64,000 nt of DNA from a virus (taxonomy: Duplodnaviria; Caudoviricetes), in IMG/VR virus record IMGVR_UViG_3300005937_000008, positions 1-64,000 of that record, one strand, 5' to 3'. Under the pieces are notes generated by a model, which did not search any database, was not told where the DNA came from, and saw only the letters and a list, made by a program, of their open reading frames with translations. The position numbers and the translations under genes were made by a program. Shown piece after piece: positions 45,100-54,679 of this stretch. Numbering within the stretch: position 1 is the stretch's first letter; the number at the start of each line of letters is the position of its first letter.

Positions 45100-45369
45100 C
45101 TACGCCACGCTCCACTGCCCCTGCTCGCCGAGGTAGAGGCAGCACCCGCACCTACTGCACAGAGCAGTGGGTCGCACATCTCCTAGGCCAGTGGTCTCAA
45201 CAGGGCTGTGCTCTAGGCAGGTCCCTGCCTGCCGGAGCCTGATGACGAGTGCTGCAGCGCTACCTGCAGCAGGCTGGATACCCAGCAGGTCATGCTCCAG
45301 TACGGCGATCCTGAGCGGGTTACTGCGCTCCTGCCGTACTGGCTGCTCCTTGCGCCTGAAGGGCCACAT
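45100..45369 (-). CDS. Hypothetical protein (89 aa)
   Basis: ORF track; C-terminal CSRC. Confidence 0.5.
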   Translation of the reverse strand: MWPFRRKEQPVRQERSNPLRIAVLEHDLLGIQPAAGSAAALVIRLRQAGTCLEHSPVETTGLGDVRPTALCSRCGCCLYLGEQGQWSVA

Positions 45370-45378
45370 GCCAGCAGA

Positions 45379-45528
45379 CTACGTGCTGCCCTCTGCAGGG
45401 TCGGTGCCGTAGTCCCCAGCGGCGAGGCGTTCGGGTTGGCGGCAGATGTCCCAGTCGCATGGGCTGCCGGGTTCGTAGTGCCAGCACTGCACTGGCGGGT
45501 CGTCGAGGTCGCCGTCGATGTCTTCCAC
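45379..45528 (-). CDS. Small acidic Cys protein (49 aa)
   Basis: Manual translation MEDIDGDLDDPPVQCWHYEPGSPCDWDICRQP. Confidence 0.45.
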   Translation of the reverse strand: MEDIDGDLDDPPVQCWHYEPGSPCDWDICRQPERLAAGDYGTDPAEGST

Positions 45529-45530
45529 GG

Positions 45531-45662
45531 CTATCTCTGCAGCGTGTGCACGGTGGTCGGCAACAGCCAGAGCGCGAGCCCGGCGTAGGCCAGGCGGTCG
45601 CGCGGCGCGGTGGCGAGCAGCAGGAGGATGACGCCGACCGTGTAGCAGAAGACGTTCAGCAC
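45531..45662 (-). CDS. Small two-TM protein (43 aa)
   Basis: Manual translation MLNVFCYTVGVILLLLATAPRDRLAYAGLALWLL; GGAGGG RBS. Confidence 0.45.
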   Translation of the reverse strand: MLNVFCYTVGVILLLLATAPRDRLAYAGLALWLLPTTVHTLQR

Positions 45663-45672
45663 GAGCCCTCCC

Positions 45673-45918
45673 TCAGGCGGCCTTGGGTGCGCGTTGCGGC
45701 ATGGGCCGGTAGGTGGCGGCCTGTGCCTGCACGTCGGGTAGCGCGTACAGCGTCTTGTATTCGTGGCCTTGCCCGGAGTATTGGTCGGGCCGGCCTTGGA
45801 AGCGGCGGACTTTGCCGCGCCTGGCCCACTGCCGAATCACCGTACCGGGCACGCCGGTTGCTGCCGACGCTTCGTGCTCGTAGACGAGGTCTTCGGGGTA
45901 CAGGTCGGTCACGTTCAC
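45673..45918 (-). CDS. MerR-like HTH protein, possible late regulator (81 aa)
   Basis: EASAATGVPGTVIRQWARRGKV..LYALPDV. Confidence 0.7.
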   Translation of the reverse strand: MNVTDLYPEDLVYEHEASAATGVPGTVIRQWARRGKVRRFQGRPDQYSGQGHEYKTLYALPDVQAQAATYRPMPQRAPKAA

Positions 45919-46058
45919 GCGCACCCCCGTGCATGCAGAAAGCCCCCGGCCGGAAGCTGGGGGCTGTAGTAGCTGCGGACACACGAGTATCCGGATGTGG
46001 GCACTGTGACATACCGCGATCACGTGCGCAAGCGCAAGGCCTGTGCGTGATCCTTCAG

Positions 46059-46712
46059 TTACGCGGCGGTGCGTGTGGCGAGGGGTAGGCCGAGGACTTC
46101 GGTGCGGTCGTATTGGTTGTCGCAGCCGCGGCATCGGGCGCCGGGTGTGGAGACGGTGACGCGGAGGATCGTGCCGCAGGGGCAGGCGACGGCGATGGGA
46201 CGTTCCTTGCGTTCGCCGGTGATCTGCCGGTCGCACTGCCGGACGAGGCTGGTGACCTCCGTGGCGAACTCTCCGAACGCCGGGTGCGAGCTCGCGGCCC
46301 ATTCGAGGTTGACGCGTAGCTGGTAGACGACGCCGTCGAGTTGCTGCTGTAGTCCGCCCTGCCAGCGGGGGTGCCGCCAGCCGAGGTACTCGTGCCAGTC
46401 GACGAGCCAGTCTTGGAGAACGGTGACGACTCCGCCGCGCGCCATGAGGCTGAGGGGTTCGAGGCGGAGCGGGAGCGGGGCGGTGCGCGAGGAGGACACC
46501 ATCACTCCGTCACCGCCGCGACCGGGAACAAGGCGTGTGGCCAACTGGGCGTACAGGCCGTCGGGTCCGGGGAGTTGACGGAGCGCGAGGTCGACGCGGT
46601 CCTGGCAGAGCCGGCATGCCACACGGCCGAGTTCGTCGTGCCGGAGCGGGCGATGACACGCGGCGCATGTCGGCCACACGTAGTCCTCGGCGGGCAGGGT
46701 GCGGTCGTTCAT
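46059..46712 (-). CDS. Multi-zinc-finger phage protein (217 aa)
   Basis: CAAC, CRLC, CPCG, CRGC; typical position upstream of late genes. Confidence 0.65.
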   Translation of the reverse strand: MNDRTLPAEDYVWPTCAACHRPLRHDELGRVACRLCQDRVDLALRQLPGPDGLYAQLATRLVPGRGGDGVMVSSSRTAPLPLRLEPLSLMARGGVVTVLQDWLVDWHEYLGWRHPRWQGGLQQQLDGVVYQLRVNLEWAASSHPAFGEFATEVTSLVRQCDRQITGERKERPIAVACPCGTILRVTVSTPGARCRGCDNQYDRTEVLGLPLATRTAA

Positions 46713-46866
46713 GGTGCGCTCCTTGGCGGCGGTACAGGGAACACGGTGCTGCTGCTGCCAATGGTGCACTAGTCCGTCGACAATCCGGGCCATTGGCCCA
46801 CCTGCCGCCTCCCGCGCATGCCGAAGGCCCCGCCGGGGTGGCGGGGCCTTCGCGTTGCCGCCCGGT

Positions 46867-47076
46867 TCAGGTGGCGGTCGCCTGGGTGCAGGTGTTGGCG
46901 TGGTCCTGTGCCCACTGGATGGCTTGGGCTGTGGCGGTGCCGGTGTCGGTGAGGCTGTCGGCGCCGGCGGTGTAACGGTGTCCGTGGGGGCATTGGGCGT
47001 CGGCGAGCAGGTGGACGGTGACGGCGGTGCAGGCGCCGTTGATCGTTGCGGTCGCGGTAGGGGTGGCGGTGGTCAT
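46867..47076 (-). CDS. Small His/Cys protein resembling AICE transfer-region proteins (69 aa)
   Basis: CPHGH...QWAQDHANTC. Confidence 0.45.
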   Translation of the reverse strand: MTTATPTATATINGACTAVTVHLLADAQCPHGHRYTAGADSLTDTGTATAQAIQWAQDHANTCTQATAT

Positions 47077-47090
47077 GGGTACTCCTTGGG

Positions 47091-47513
47091 CTAGGGCTTC
47101 TTCTTGCCGGGCTTACTGCCGACCTTGGCGTTGACCTTGGATGCGGCCCAGCCGACGGCGACGATGACGCCGACCAGGCAGGCGACGAGCATGGTCAGGT
47201 TCTGGCCGACGGCGCCGATGATCCCGATGAGGGTGCCGCCCATGAGGACGACGATCGCGCACGTGCAGGCGGTGACGGCGACCATCACGAGGACGACCAG
47301 GAACGTGATGATGATGAGGCGCTGCAGGGCAGGGTCGAGGCCCTGCGGCTGCGGCGCCTGCACGATGATCGGGGCCTGGCTGGGCTGCCCGATCACGACA
47401 TGATGCGGTCGGCCGTAGTCGTCGTAGACGACGTTCGGCGGCCGGTGGTGGGCGGGAATGACCGGCTGCTGCCCAAGCACGTCGGGCAGCTGCTCGGGCG
47501 GCAACTGGGTCAT
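47091..47513 (-). CDS. SpdD-like spread protein (140 aa)
   Basis: Pro/Gln-rich N-terminus, two long TM segments, basic tail: the architecture of Streptomyces SpdD-like proteins. Confidence 0.5.
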   Translation of the reverse strand: MTQLPPEQLPDVLGQQPVIPAHHRPPNVVYDDYGRPHHVVIGQPSQAPIIVQAPQPQGLDPALQRLIIITFLVVLVMVAVTACTCAIVVLMGGTLIGIIGAVGQNLTMLVACLVGVIVAVGWAASKVNAKVGSKPGKKKP

Positions 47514-47524
47514 GGCGGGTCTCC

Positions 47525-47794
47525 TTACGGCTTGCAGGTGGGGTAGGCGGCGCCGACTTGGCAGTGCAGATAGGTCGGCTTGGACACTTCGAACCGGTGG
47601 CTGGCACCTTGGGTGTCGCGGGTGGTGAGCCACAGGCGGGCCTTGCAGCGGCCTCCGGTGCAGTCCCACCGGTTGTTCTCGTGGGCGGTGACCATTCCCG
47701 ACGGGCCGACGGCTTCGGGGTTGCAGGTGCCTGCAGTGAGGGCGAGGACGGCGCCAACGGCCGCCAGCCCTACGCGGGCGCGCGTGATTCGCAT
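47525..47794 (-). CDS. Small secreted/lipoprotein-like Cys protein (89 aa)
   Basis: Signal-like MRITRARVGLAAVGAVLALTAGTC; further Cys pairs. Confidence 0.55.
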   Translation of the reverse strand: MRITRARVGLAAVGAVLALTAGTCNPEAVGPSGMVTAHENNRWDCTGGRCKARLWLTTRDTQGASHRFEVSKPTYLHCQVGAAYPTCKP

Positions 47795-47802
47795 CAGGGC
47801 TC

Positions 47803-48132
47803 CTATCGGAATTTACGGGCGGCGGCGTCGGAGCGGCGCACCTTGGCCTTGGCGTCGTTGCGGGCCTTGCGGGCGGCCTGCTTCTCGGGGCCGCGGGCGG
47901 TGCGCAGGGCAACCTCGGCGCGGGCGAGGTCGTCCTCGGCGGCATCGAGGTTGCCGAACGCGATGTGGGCCTGACGGTCGCGGCGTTCCTGCGCCTTGTC
48001 GTAGATGCGGTCGGCACGGTTGCCGTGGCCGCCGTCAGCGGACTCGTGGCCGTTCTTGACGACCTGACGGCCGCCCTTGATGGCGTGGCCGGCGATGCCG
48101 AAGACCTCGCCCCACGTGAACATGCCGGGCAT
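47803..48132 (-). CDS. Basic coiled-coil hypothetical protein (109 aa)
   Basis: ORF track; GGAAGGA RBS. Confidence 0.55.
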   Translation of the reverse strand: MPGMFTWGEVFGIAGHAIKGGRQVVKNGHESADGGHGNRADRIYDKAQERRDRQAHIAFGNLDAAEDDLARAEVALRTARGPEKQAARKARNDAKAKVRRSDAAARKFR

Positions 48133-48320
48133 GGTGGTTTTCCTTCCGGTTAGTGGACTGGTGTGGTTGTGCGGGGTGGTGCGGTCCTGCGTTTGAGGGG
48201 GTCTAGCGGGCCTCTGAGGGCCTGCCTCACCTCGTCACCAAATCGACATTCATGCAGGTCAGTGCAGGTGGGGTACGAATGGTGGGGCGGTCGGTGGAAA
48301 GTCACCGCCCCACCTGCGCC

Positions 48321-50468
48321 TCACCTTGCTTCAGCGGATTCCGTTTCGCGGTTGCCGAGGGCTCGTTGTACGCGCTGGAGGTGCACGACGGGGTAGCCCT
48401 GGTAGACGTTTGTGTCCTCGCCGTGGTCGGTGAGGAGGCGGCGTAGGCGGCTACCGTCCCAGTCGGTGTAGTATGCCGGGTTGAGGTTCTTCAGCCGGTG
48501 CAGGACCTCGGGTGTGCGGACTCGCTCCTGCCCGGACATGACCTGCTCGAGGTCGGCAAGCTCGTCGACGTCTGCGACGGCTTCCAGCTTGTGCAGGGTG
48601 GTGACCTGCCTGCGTAGAGCCTTGGCCCGGTCGGTGATGGCGATGGCTTCGTCGTCGTCGATGAAGTGCGTGCGGACGTTCTCCGACACCTGCCCCTTGG
48701 GCATGTCGATGCCGCTGCCTGCGACGACGAGCTGGCCCTTGTCGATGTCCTGCCGCAGCTTGTGCGGGGCGGCGCCGGCGACCACGGGAGCGTCACCGAG
48801 AGCCATCTTGGCCTGCGACTCGCTGCCTAGGACCAGGGAGGCGCGCAGGTGGTTGCCTTCGCGGGACCGCTTGGGCAGGTTCTGGTCGGTGGGGTCCTGC
48901 GTGCCTTCCCAGATGGTGACGTTGACGGCACGGCCCTGATCGTGGATCTTCTTGACGGCCTGGAAGTACCGTGACGTGGCCTTTTGCCCCCCGTAGGGAG
49001 CCCCGTACTTGACGTTCCCCTTGTCGTCGACGTACTCCTCCCGGGCGCCCGACCCGTAGGCGACCTGGGCTTCGTCGACGATGCAGACCAGCGGATCGAA
49101 CACGGTTCCCGCGGGAGCCAGCAAGCGCCGCTGCATCTCCTCGAAGACGTCCTCGACCATGTGCGTGACGTCCTTGACGTGGTCGTCGGTGGGGCCTTCG
49201 ATGAGGATCGTGGCCAGGCCGAGGAACATTCGCCAGTCGCCGATGCCCTTGAGGTCGCCGATGCGGAACTCGACGGTCGGGTCGAGCGAGAGCCACAGGG
49301 CGAGGGCGCGCAGGGCTGCGGTTTTGCCCTGGTTGGACAGGCCGGTGACCAGGATGTGCTTCTGGTAGAGGCTGACGAGGACGGCATCGCCGCGCAGGCT
49401 GAGGCCCCACGGGGCGCGGCCGCTCTTGTATCTGGCGGTCATCGTGGTGTCGGTGACCAGCGGCGATACAGGCACGGGCTCGTCGAGGGCGCCGGAGTCG
49501 GCGACCCAAAGGCGGACGGTGCGGGGCTGCGGGGCGACGCTGATGTACAGCTCGTGCTCGTGCCGGCCGAGGTTCTCGGCGAGCTTGCGCCGCTTGTTCT
49601 GGATCTCCAGGGTGTCGACGCCGGACGGCAGGTGGACGTCGAGTTCGACGCCGCAGCCTGCGATGGCGATGGGCGACAGCATGGAGGCGCCTGCGTCTTC
49701 CATGTCGATGATGGCCTTGCGCAGGGTGGAAATGCCCAGGTCGCGGAAGGCTTTGACGACGATCGACGGGGTGATGGGCTCGCCGTCGCCGCGCACGCTG
49801 GCGGGGAGCGCCCAGCGCGGGGCGGCCTGGCGTTTGCGGCCGGTGCTCCAGAGTGCGATCAGGCCGAGGGCGGGCCCGAGCATCTTGGCGGCGCCCCATA
49901 CGACGGCGCCGATGAAGAACGCCCAGTCGACCATCTCAAGGAACATGTGGAAGGGAACGAGCACGTCAGCGGCGTTCTCGTTGGCGACGGCGAGGGCGAT
50001 CCCGCCCATGGTGAGCGCGCCGAGGCCGGTGAGGGCGACCGCTCCTGCTGCGCGGGGCGCCTGGCGCATTGCGCCCAGCATGTCCATGCGCCGCTGGTGG
50101 CGGGCCTGCCGGAAGCGGTGGGCGCGCTCTTCCCACTCCTTGGCTTCTTCGGTGTTCCCGACGGCTTCGGCGGCGCGGATGTTGCGGCCGTAGCGGGCGG
50201 TGGTGCGCTCCTCCCAGATGCGCCGCCACGCGATGCGTGCCCCGCCTGCGGTGTAGGCGCCGTGGCGGACGATGATCCGGCATGCGGAGCGGGTGCGTTC
50301 GTCGGTGAGCGCGGCCCGCATCCGTTCGCGTGCACGGCGCCGCTCCGCCTGCTTCTTCGCGACCCGCTCCGGGAGAACCTCGAGGGACGCCTCGGGGGCG
50401 GGCGTCTTGACGAGTTTGAGGGGGCGCTCTTGGCAGTCGTCGAGGGTGCCAGGGATGTCGATAGTCAT
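48321..50468 (-). CDS. TraB-like FtsK/SpoIIIE DNA translocase (715 aa)
   Basis: N-terminal TM segments; Walker A GLSNQGKT; Walker B LVCIVDEAQ; GRA..V...TQDP; C-terminal wHTH-like domain. Confidence 0.85.
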   Translation of the reverse strand: MTIDIPGTLDDCQERPLKLVKTPAPEASLEVLPERVAKKQAERRRARERMRAALTDERTRSACRIIVRHGAYTAGGARIAWRRIWEERTTARYGRNIRAAEAVGNTEEAKEWEERAHRFRQARHQRRMDMLGAMRQAPRAAGAVALTGLGALTMGGIALAVANENAADVLVPFHMFLEMVDWAFFIGAVVWGAAKMLGPALGLIALWSTGRKRQAAPRWALPASVRGDGEPITPSIVVKAFRDLGISTLRKAIIDMEDAGASMLSPIAIAGCGVELDVHLPSGVDTLEIQNKRRKLAENLGRHEHELYISVAPQPRTVRLWVADSGALDEPVPVSPLVTDTTMTARYKSGRAPWGLSLRGDAVLVSLYQKHILVTGLSNQGKTAALRALALWLSLDPTVEFRIGDLKGIGDWRMFLGLATILIEGPTDDHVKDVTHMVEDVFEEMQRRLLAPAGTVFDPLVCIVDEAQVAYGSGAREEYVDDKGNVKYGAPYGGQKATSRYFQAVKKIHDQGRAVNVTIWEGTQDPTDQNLPKRSREGNHLRASLVLGSESQAKMALGDAPVVAGAAPHKLRQDIDKGQLVVAGSGIDMPKGQVSENVRTHFIDDDEAIAITDRAKALRRQVTTLHKLEAVADVDELADLEQVMSGQERVRTPEVLHRLKNLNPAYYTDWDGSRLRRLLTDHGEDTNVYQGYPVVHLQRVQRALGNRETESAEAR

Positions 50469-50471
50469 GGG

Positions 50472-51380
50472 TCAGCTTCCGGTGAGTGCAAGGACGTTGT
50501 CGGAGCCGAGGGCGGCCAGGTCGGGGCGCTCCCGCTCGATCTCGGCGCGCAGCTTCTGGGCGTGCTGGCGGGAGGTGTGCGGGTAGCCGGGCAGGGCAAG
50601 GAGGGCGGCGGTCATCTCGCCCTCGACGGGGCGCCTCTTCTTGCTGTCGTAGAGCGCCTCGATGGCCGCCTTCGCGTCGGCGCGGGAGGCGCTCCGGGGG
50701 CGCTTCGCTGCCGCCTTGCGGGGCGCCTTCTTCGACGCCTTGGGGGCGCTCTGGGGGCGCTCCGGCTTGACGGTTCGGGGCGCCTCGGGGGGCGCTCCGG
50801 GGGCGTCGCTCGGGGCGCTCTGGGGCGTCGTCTCGGGGCGCTCCAGGGCGGGTGCCGGGGGCGCCTCGGGGGCGGCAGTCGGAGCGTCGGCGGGGGCGCT
50901 CTGGAGCGTCTGGTTCGCCTCCACTCGGGGCGCCTCGGGGGCGGCCGGAATGCGGGCGGCGAGAGCGCCGTGCAGCTGCTGCATGAGGGCACCGAACGCA
51001 AGCAGGGCGGCGATCGGCGGGACCGCGGCAACGACGTAGTCCATGGGCTGGGCGTGCGATCCGACACCGGCCACGTTCAGGGCGATGGAGCCGCCGGAGC
51101 CGGCGACGGTGAGGCCGATGGCCCACGGGTCGACGGCCCGGCGCAGGCTCGCCCGCAGGATGAGGACTTCGCCGATGAGGATGAACAGGTCGACGGTTGC
51201 CGGCCACGCCCAGGAGCGGACGGCGGAGTGGCCGAGGCCGTAGCGGGAGGCCACGTCGTGCAGGTGCTCATATGACAGCCAGAAGGCGGCCATGGTGAGG
51301 ATGACGCTGGCGACGGCCGCGATGACGGCGAGCGTCGCGAGGACGTTCGGCTGTTCACGCGGCTCGGTCTGGGTGGTCAC
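50472..51380 (-). CDS. SpdB2-like (DUF2637-type) four-TM spread protein (302 aa)
   Basis: AFWLSYEHLHDVA..WAWPATVDLFI..SIALNVA..VPPIAALLAF; Pro/Ala linker; basic helical C-terminus. Confidence 0.7.
   Translation of the reverse strand: MTTQTEPREQPNVLATLAVIAAVASVILTMAAFWLSYEHLHDVASRYGLGHSAVRSWAWPATVDLFILIGEVLILRASLRRAVDPWAIGLTVAGSGGSIALNVAGVGSHAQPMDYVVAAVPPIAALLAFGALMQQLHGALAARIPAAPEAPRVEANQTLQSAPADAPTAAPEAPPAPALERPETTPQSAPSDAPGAPPEAPRTVKPERPQSAPKASKKAPRKAAAKRPRSASRADAKAAIEALYDSKKRRPVEGEMTAALLALPGYPHTSRQHAQKLRAEIERERPDLAALGSDNVLALTGS
50697..50944 (+). repeat. Strand-polar GGGGCGC(T/C) repeat cluster, clt/TRS candidate
   Basis: 11 exact GGGGCGC at 50697, 50720, 50743, 50754, 50777, 50789, 50812, 50835, 50858, 50893, 50927 in all three reading frames; further copy near 50421. 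Confidence 0.7.
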
Positions 51381-51586
51381 GCGAGCCTCCGGGTGAGGGC
51401 GAGCCACACGGCGGCGGCGAGTCCGATGAAGATCTGGACGGCGGTCTGGGCGAGGAGCAGGGCGGCACCGTGCACGGCGAGGAGTAGGGCTGCCAGGAGC
51501 AGTGAGCCGATCGCTGCGGCCAGGCCGGGGAAGTAGCCGGTGAGGATGAGGAGGGCCGCCAGGAGCGACCAGAGCAGCGCGCGCAT
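51377..51586 (-). CDS. Small hydrophobic Spd-like membrane protein (69 aa)
   Basis: Almost entirely hydrophobic; coupled to SpdB2-like gene. Confidence 0.6.
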   Translation of the reverse strand: MRALLWSLLAALLILTGYFPGLAAAIGSLLLAALLLAVHGAALLLAQTAVQIFIGLAAAVWLALTRRLA

Positions 51587-51612
51587 GGCGGGCTCCCTTC
51601 AGGTAGTGGCGG

Positions 51613-51825
51613 TCAGGCGTGGGCGCGGCGGTAGAAGACGATCTGCATCGGGATGAAGGTGGCGATCGCGGCGGCCAGGGCGGCGCCGGTGATAGCCGCG
51701 TTCGGCAGTCCGGCGGCCGTGCTGGCCCTGTCCGCGATGAACCCGGCGAGGATCGACGCGCCGATGATCAGCAGGGATTGGCGGTACGTGAACTTGTGGG
51801 ACATGAAGGCTCGGAACGTGCGCAT
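51613..51825 (-). CDS. Small two-TM protein (70 aa)
   Basis: MRTFRAFMSHKFTYRQSLLIIGASILAGF... Confidence 0.6.
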   Translation of the reverse strand: MRTFRAFMSHKFTYRQSLLIIGASILAGFIADRASTAAGLPNAAITGAALAAAIATFIPMQIVFYRRAHA

Positions 51826-51917
51826 GACGGCCTCTCTTCGGTGGTGCGGATGGGTGTGTGGTGCTGGCCAGGTCTCCTCACCGCCGGGGGTGCAGGGTCC
51901 GGCGGATCGGGGAACGG

Positions 51918-52076
51918 TCAGCGGACGATCATGTGTTCGGGGTGGCGGCCGCCCATGTGGGCCACGCACTCCGGGCAGTCCTCGCGCCAGCCGAGGTGGC
52001 GGTGCGCGGACCGGTCGTGCGCGTGCCGCCAGCACTGACGGCACTCGCCCCTCGGCGGGTTGTTGGGATCCGGCAT
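51918..52076 (-). CDS. pRL2-8-like zinc-binding plasmid protein (52 aa; missed by ORF track)
   Basis: Manual translation MPDPNNPPRGECRQCWRHAHDRSAHRHLGWREDCPECVAHMGGRHPEHMIVR; recognised from memory as the Streptomyces plasmid pRL2-8 family. Confidence 0.65.
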   Translation of the reverse strand: MPDPNNPPRGECRQCWRHAHDRSAHRHLGWREDCPECVAHMGGRHPEHMIVR

Positions 52077-52081
52077 CGCGG

Positions 52082-54050
52082 TCAGCCCTTCGACTTCCGG
52101 CCGTGCGCCTGGTCGAGGGCCTTGCCGGCTTCCTTGACCTGGCCGGACTTGATGCCGCCGTAGACCTTCTGGCTCTTCGCGACGGCGGCCGGGCTGGTCA
52201 GGTCGGTCTTCTTGTCAGACACGCGGTGTCCTCTCGGATCGGTGGTTGGTGTCGGTGCGTGCCCCGGGCTGCGGTTGAGGCGGCGGCCCAACTTCGGCCT
52301 AGCCGGGGCTGGTTGCCGTGGCGCGGGCGGGGGATGCCCGCACCCGGCGGTCTGGGGGTCAGGCGGCGACCGGGAGTCGCAGCCCGCGCAGCTCGTCGAC
52401 GAGCCGCGGACCCAGCTGGGTGACGTCGTCGACACCGGCGGCCTGGTCGAGGATCAGACGACGCGTCTCCTCGTCGGCGGCAATGAACTGGTCGATCAGA
52501 CGGGCACGGTCCTGGATAGACATGACGGATCACTGACTCTCTCTGGGTGCGCGGGGATGGTGGGGTGGTGCGGGTTGGGCACCGCGGCGGCGGGTGCCGT
52601 GGGGGTGCGGATTTCTCCGCCGCCGCGGCGGTCTATCGGGTGCGGCGGGCTTCGGCGTCGACCTCGGCCTTCAGCCGCCTGGCCGCAGCGACCGCTTCCG
52701 GGCCGCGCCTCTTCGAGCGGCGAAGGTGGTCGGCGGCAGCCAGCTGCTCCGGAGTGCGGCGGATCACTGCTGCTCACCGCCGTCATGCTCGTCGAACACG
52801 GCCAGGAGGTGCGTCACTGCGACTTCCAGCCGGCCGAGGGCACGGGCCGTCGCCTGGCCATCGCCCGCGTCCGTCTGCTCGGCGGCGGCCAGCGCCTCAC
52901 GGGCCTGACCGATGCGGTAGCGGTCGTGGCCGGTCAGCCGGAACGGGGCCCGGTCGCCGACCGGGTCCAGGTCGGCACGGATCACACCGTCCACGCCACC
53001 CCGCCGGAACACTGCCTGCAGCCGGATCGTCCCGTCACTACCGGCCAGCTCGGTGGGGGTGGCGCCCAGGTGTGCGGCCCACGCCTCAAACACCGTGCGC
53101 TCCGACGCGAGGCCGACCAGGCCGCCCGTATCCGTCAACCACCACGCGACCGTCGGCAGACCGTGGTTCTGCTGCGCCTGCAACAAACCACCCAGCTCCG
53201 AGTACGCCAGCCACTGCCGGAACTCCGGACTGTTCGACATCAGCGCACCTCCCCAGCCGGGACAACCACCAGGAACACGTCCTCGTCCAGCAGCATGACC
53301 ACCTCGGCCGGCACACCCTCCATACGGCGGGCGTGCGCGAACTCCTCCGCCGGCCAACTGCCACGCGGGGAACCGGCCGGGAACCGCTCGAGAACGGTGC
53401 GGGCGGTCACCAGTCCTCCCCCGGGATGCGGCCGTCGCGCAGGGCTTCGGCTTCCTCGCGGTACTCCTGGGCGTGCCGCAGGGCGATCGGGACGGTGGCC
53501 GCCGCCTGACGGCGCATGTTGTCGGACAGGGTGGGGTCGTTGGCGGCGGCCTTCGCGGACTCGGCGTTCCGGGCCGAACGGGCCGCGCACTTCTCGCGGT
53601 CGTCGGCCAGCTCGTTCATCTCGCGGCGGGACATGCCGGCCATCACCGACCACCGCCGACCACACGCCGCAGGTCGATGGCGGGCTGACCGAACAGCAGC
53701 GTCGCCCGGCCGGCCAGGCGCACGGTGCGGCCCATCCAGCCCTCAGCCTCAGCCAGGTCCTGCGCGTCAGCGATGATCAGAGCCTTGCCCGTGCCGTCCG
53801 CCGCGGTCATCGTCCCGTACAGGACGTCACCGACGACCGGCGACACGTAGTCGACCTTCACGTCGACGACGAACAGGTGCTCGCCGATCTCATCCGCCAG
53901 CCACACACCCGCGTCCGTGCGGACGTGGCCGTCCGCGTTCAGGTGCGACAAGTAGCGCTCGCGGGCCTCGGGGGTGAACTGGCCCCGAGGACGAGGGGTG
54001 GCCTGGTGATCGACACCCGCACGGGTGCCACTAAGCTCTTGGGTAGCCAC
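52082..54050 (-). other. Leading small ORFs of the transfer operon
   Basis: ORFs 52082-52222 (46 aa), 52359-52523 (54), 52633-52767 (44), 52764-53240 (158), 53240-53410 (56), 53407-53646 (79), 53643-54050 (135), mostly coupled. Confidence 0.6.
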
Positions 54051-54183
54051 AGGGTCTCCTAGATAGAACCTGGTGGTTAGGCCCTGGCCTGGGAGTGGAG
54101 TCCCGGAGCTGGGGCCGTCTTCGTTTGTGGGTGCAGCTGGTGGAGCAGCCGCTGAAGCTTCAGGCGGTGGAGCGCCCTCGGCT

Positions 54184-54262
54184 TCAACACCATCCTGAAG
54201 CTAGTCTGAGCCTGTGTCAACACCCTATTGAGAAGTGGCGCGTTGACTTCTACTCTGGCCTC
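54184..54262. promoter_or_regulatory. Divergent promoter pair controlling transfer operon and regulator/NUDIX operon
   Basis: Minus: TTGACA(54220-54215)-N17-CAGGAT; plus: TTGAGA(54228)-N17-TACTCT(54251), ATG 7 nt later (leaderless); TCAACACC repeated at 54184 and 54217. Confidence 0.65.
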
Positions 54263-54607
54263 ATGACAGATGCGTTCACGGAGTCCCTGGAGGCGAAAGT
54301 CGCCGAAGTTGCAGCCATCGATGACCTGCTTACGCAGGGCCGCGCCGCTCTTGAAGCCCGCCAGAAACTGGCGACGAGCGACCAGGCCCTCTATGTGATC
54401 CAGCAGGCAGCCGTACAAGGGCTGCGCCCAGGGCGCACGTGGGCCGAGGTCGGCGAACTGTTCGGGCGTAGCTATGCCTGGGCGGAAGCCATCGCCAAAG
54501 GGCGAAGTGCGAAACGGGGAAAGAGTGACCATGGCGCCGAGTCAACGCCTCGCGCGGGCGCGGCAGAAGGACACTCCCCCGACATGGAACCGCCAGAAGA
54601 CGAGTAG
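54263..54607 (+). CDS. HTH regulator, Kor-like position (114 aa)
   Basis: GRTWAEVGELFGRSYAWAEAIAKG; divergent from transfer operon. Confidence 0.6.
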   Translation: MTDAFTESLEAKVAEVAAIDDLLTQGRAALEARQKLATSDQALYVIQQAAVQGLRPGRTWAEVGELFGRSYAWAEAIAKGRSAKRGKSDHGAESTPRAGAAEGHSPDMEPPEDE

Positions 54608-54679
54608 CTAGACATCGCGGCGACACCACCCTGTCGCCGCCCCGCCAGACCCGAGCGCCACGAGCACGGGAGCCCGATA

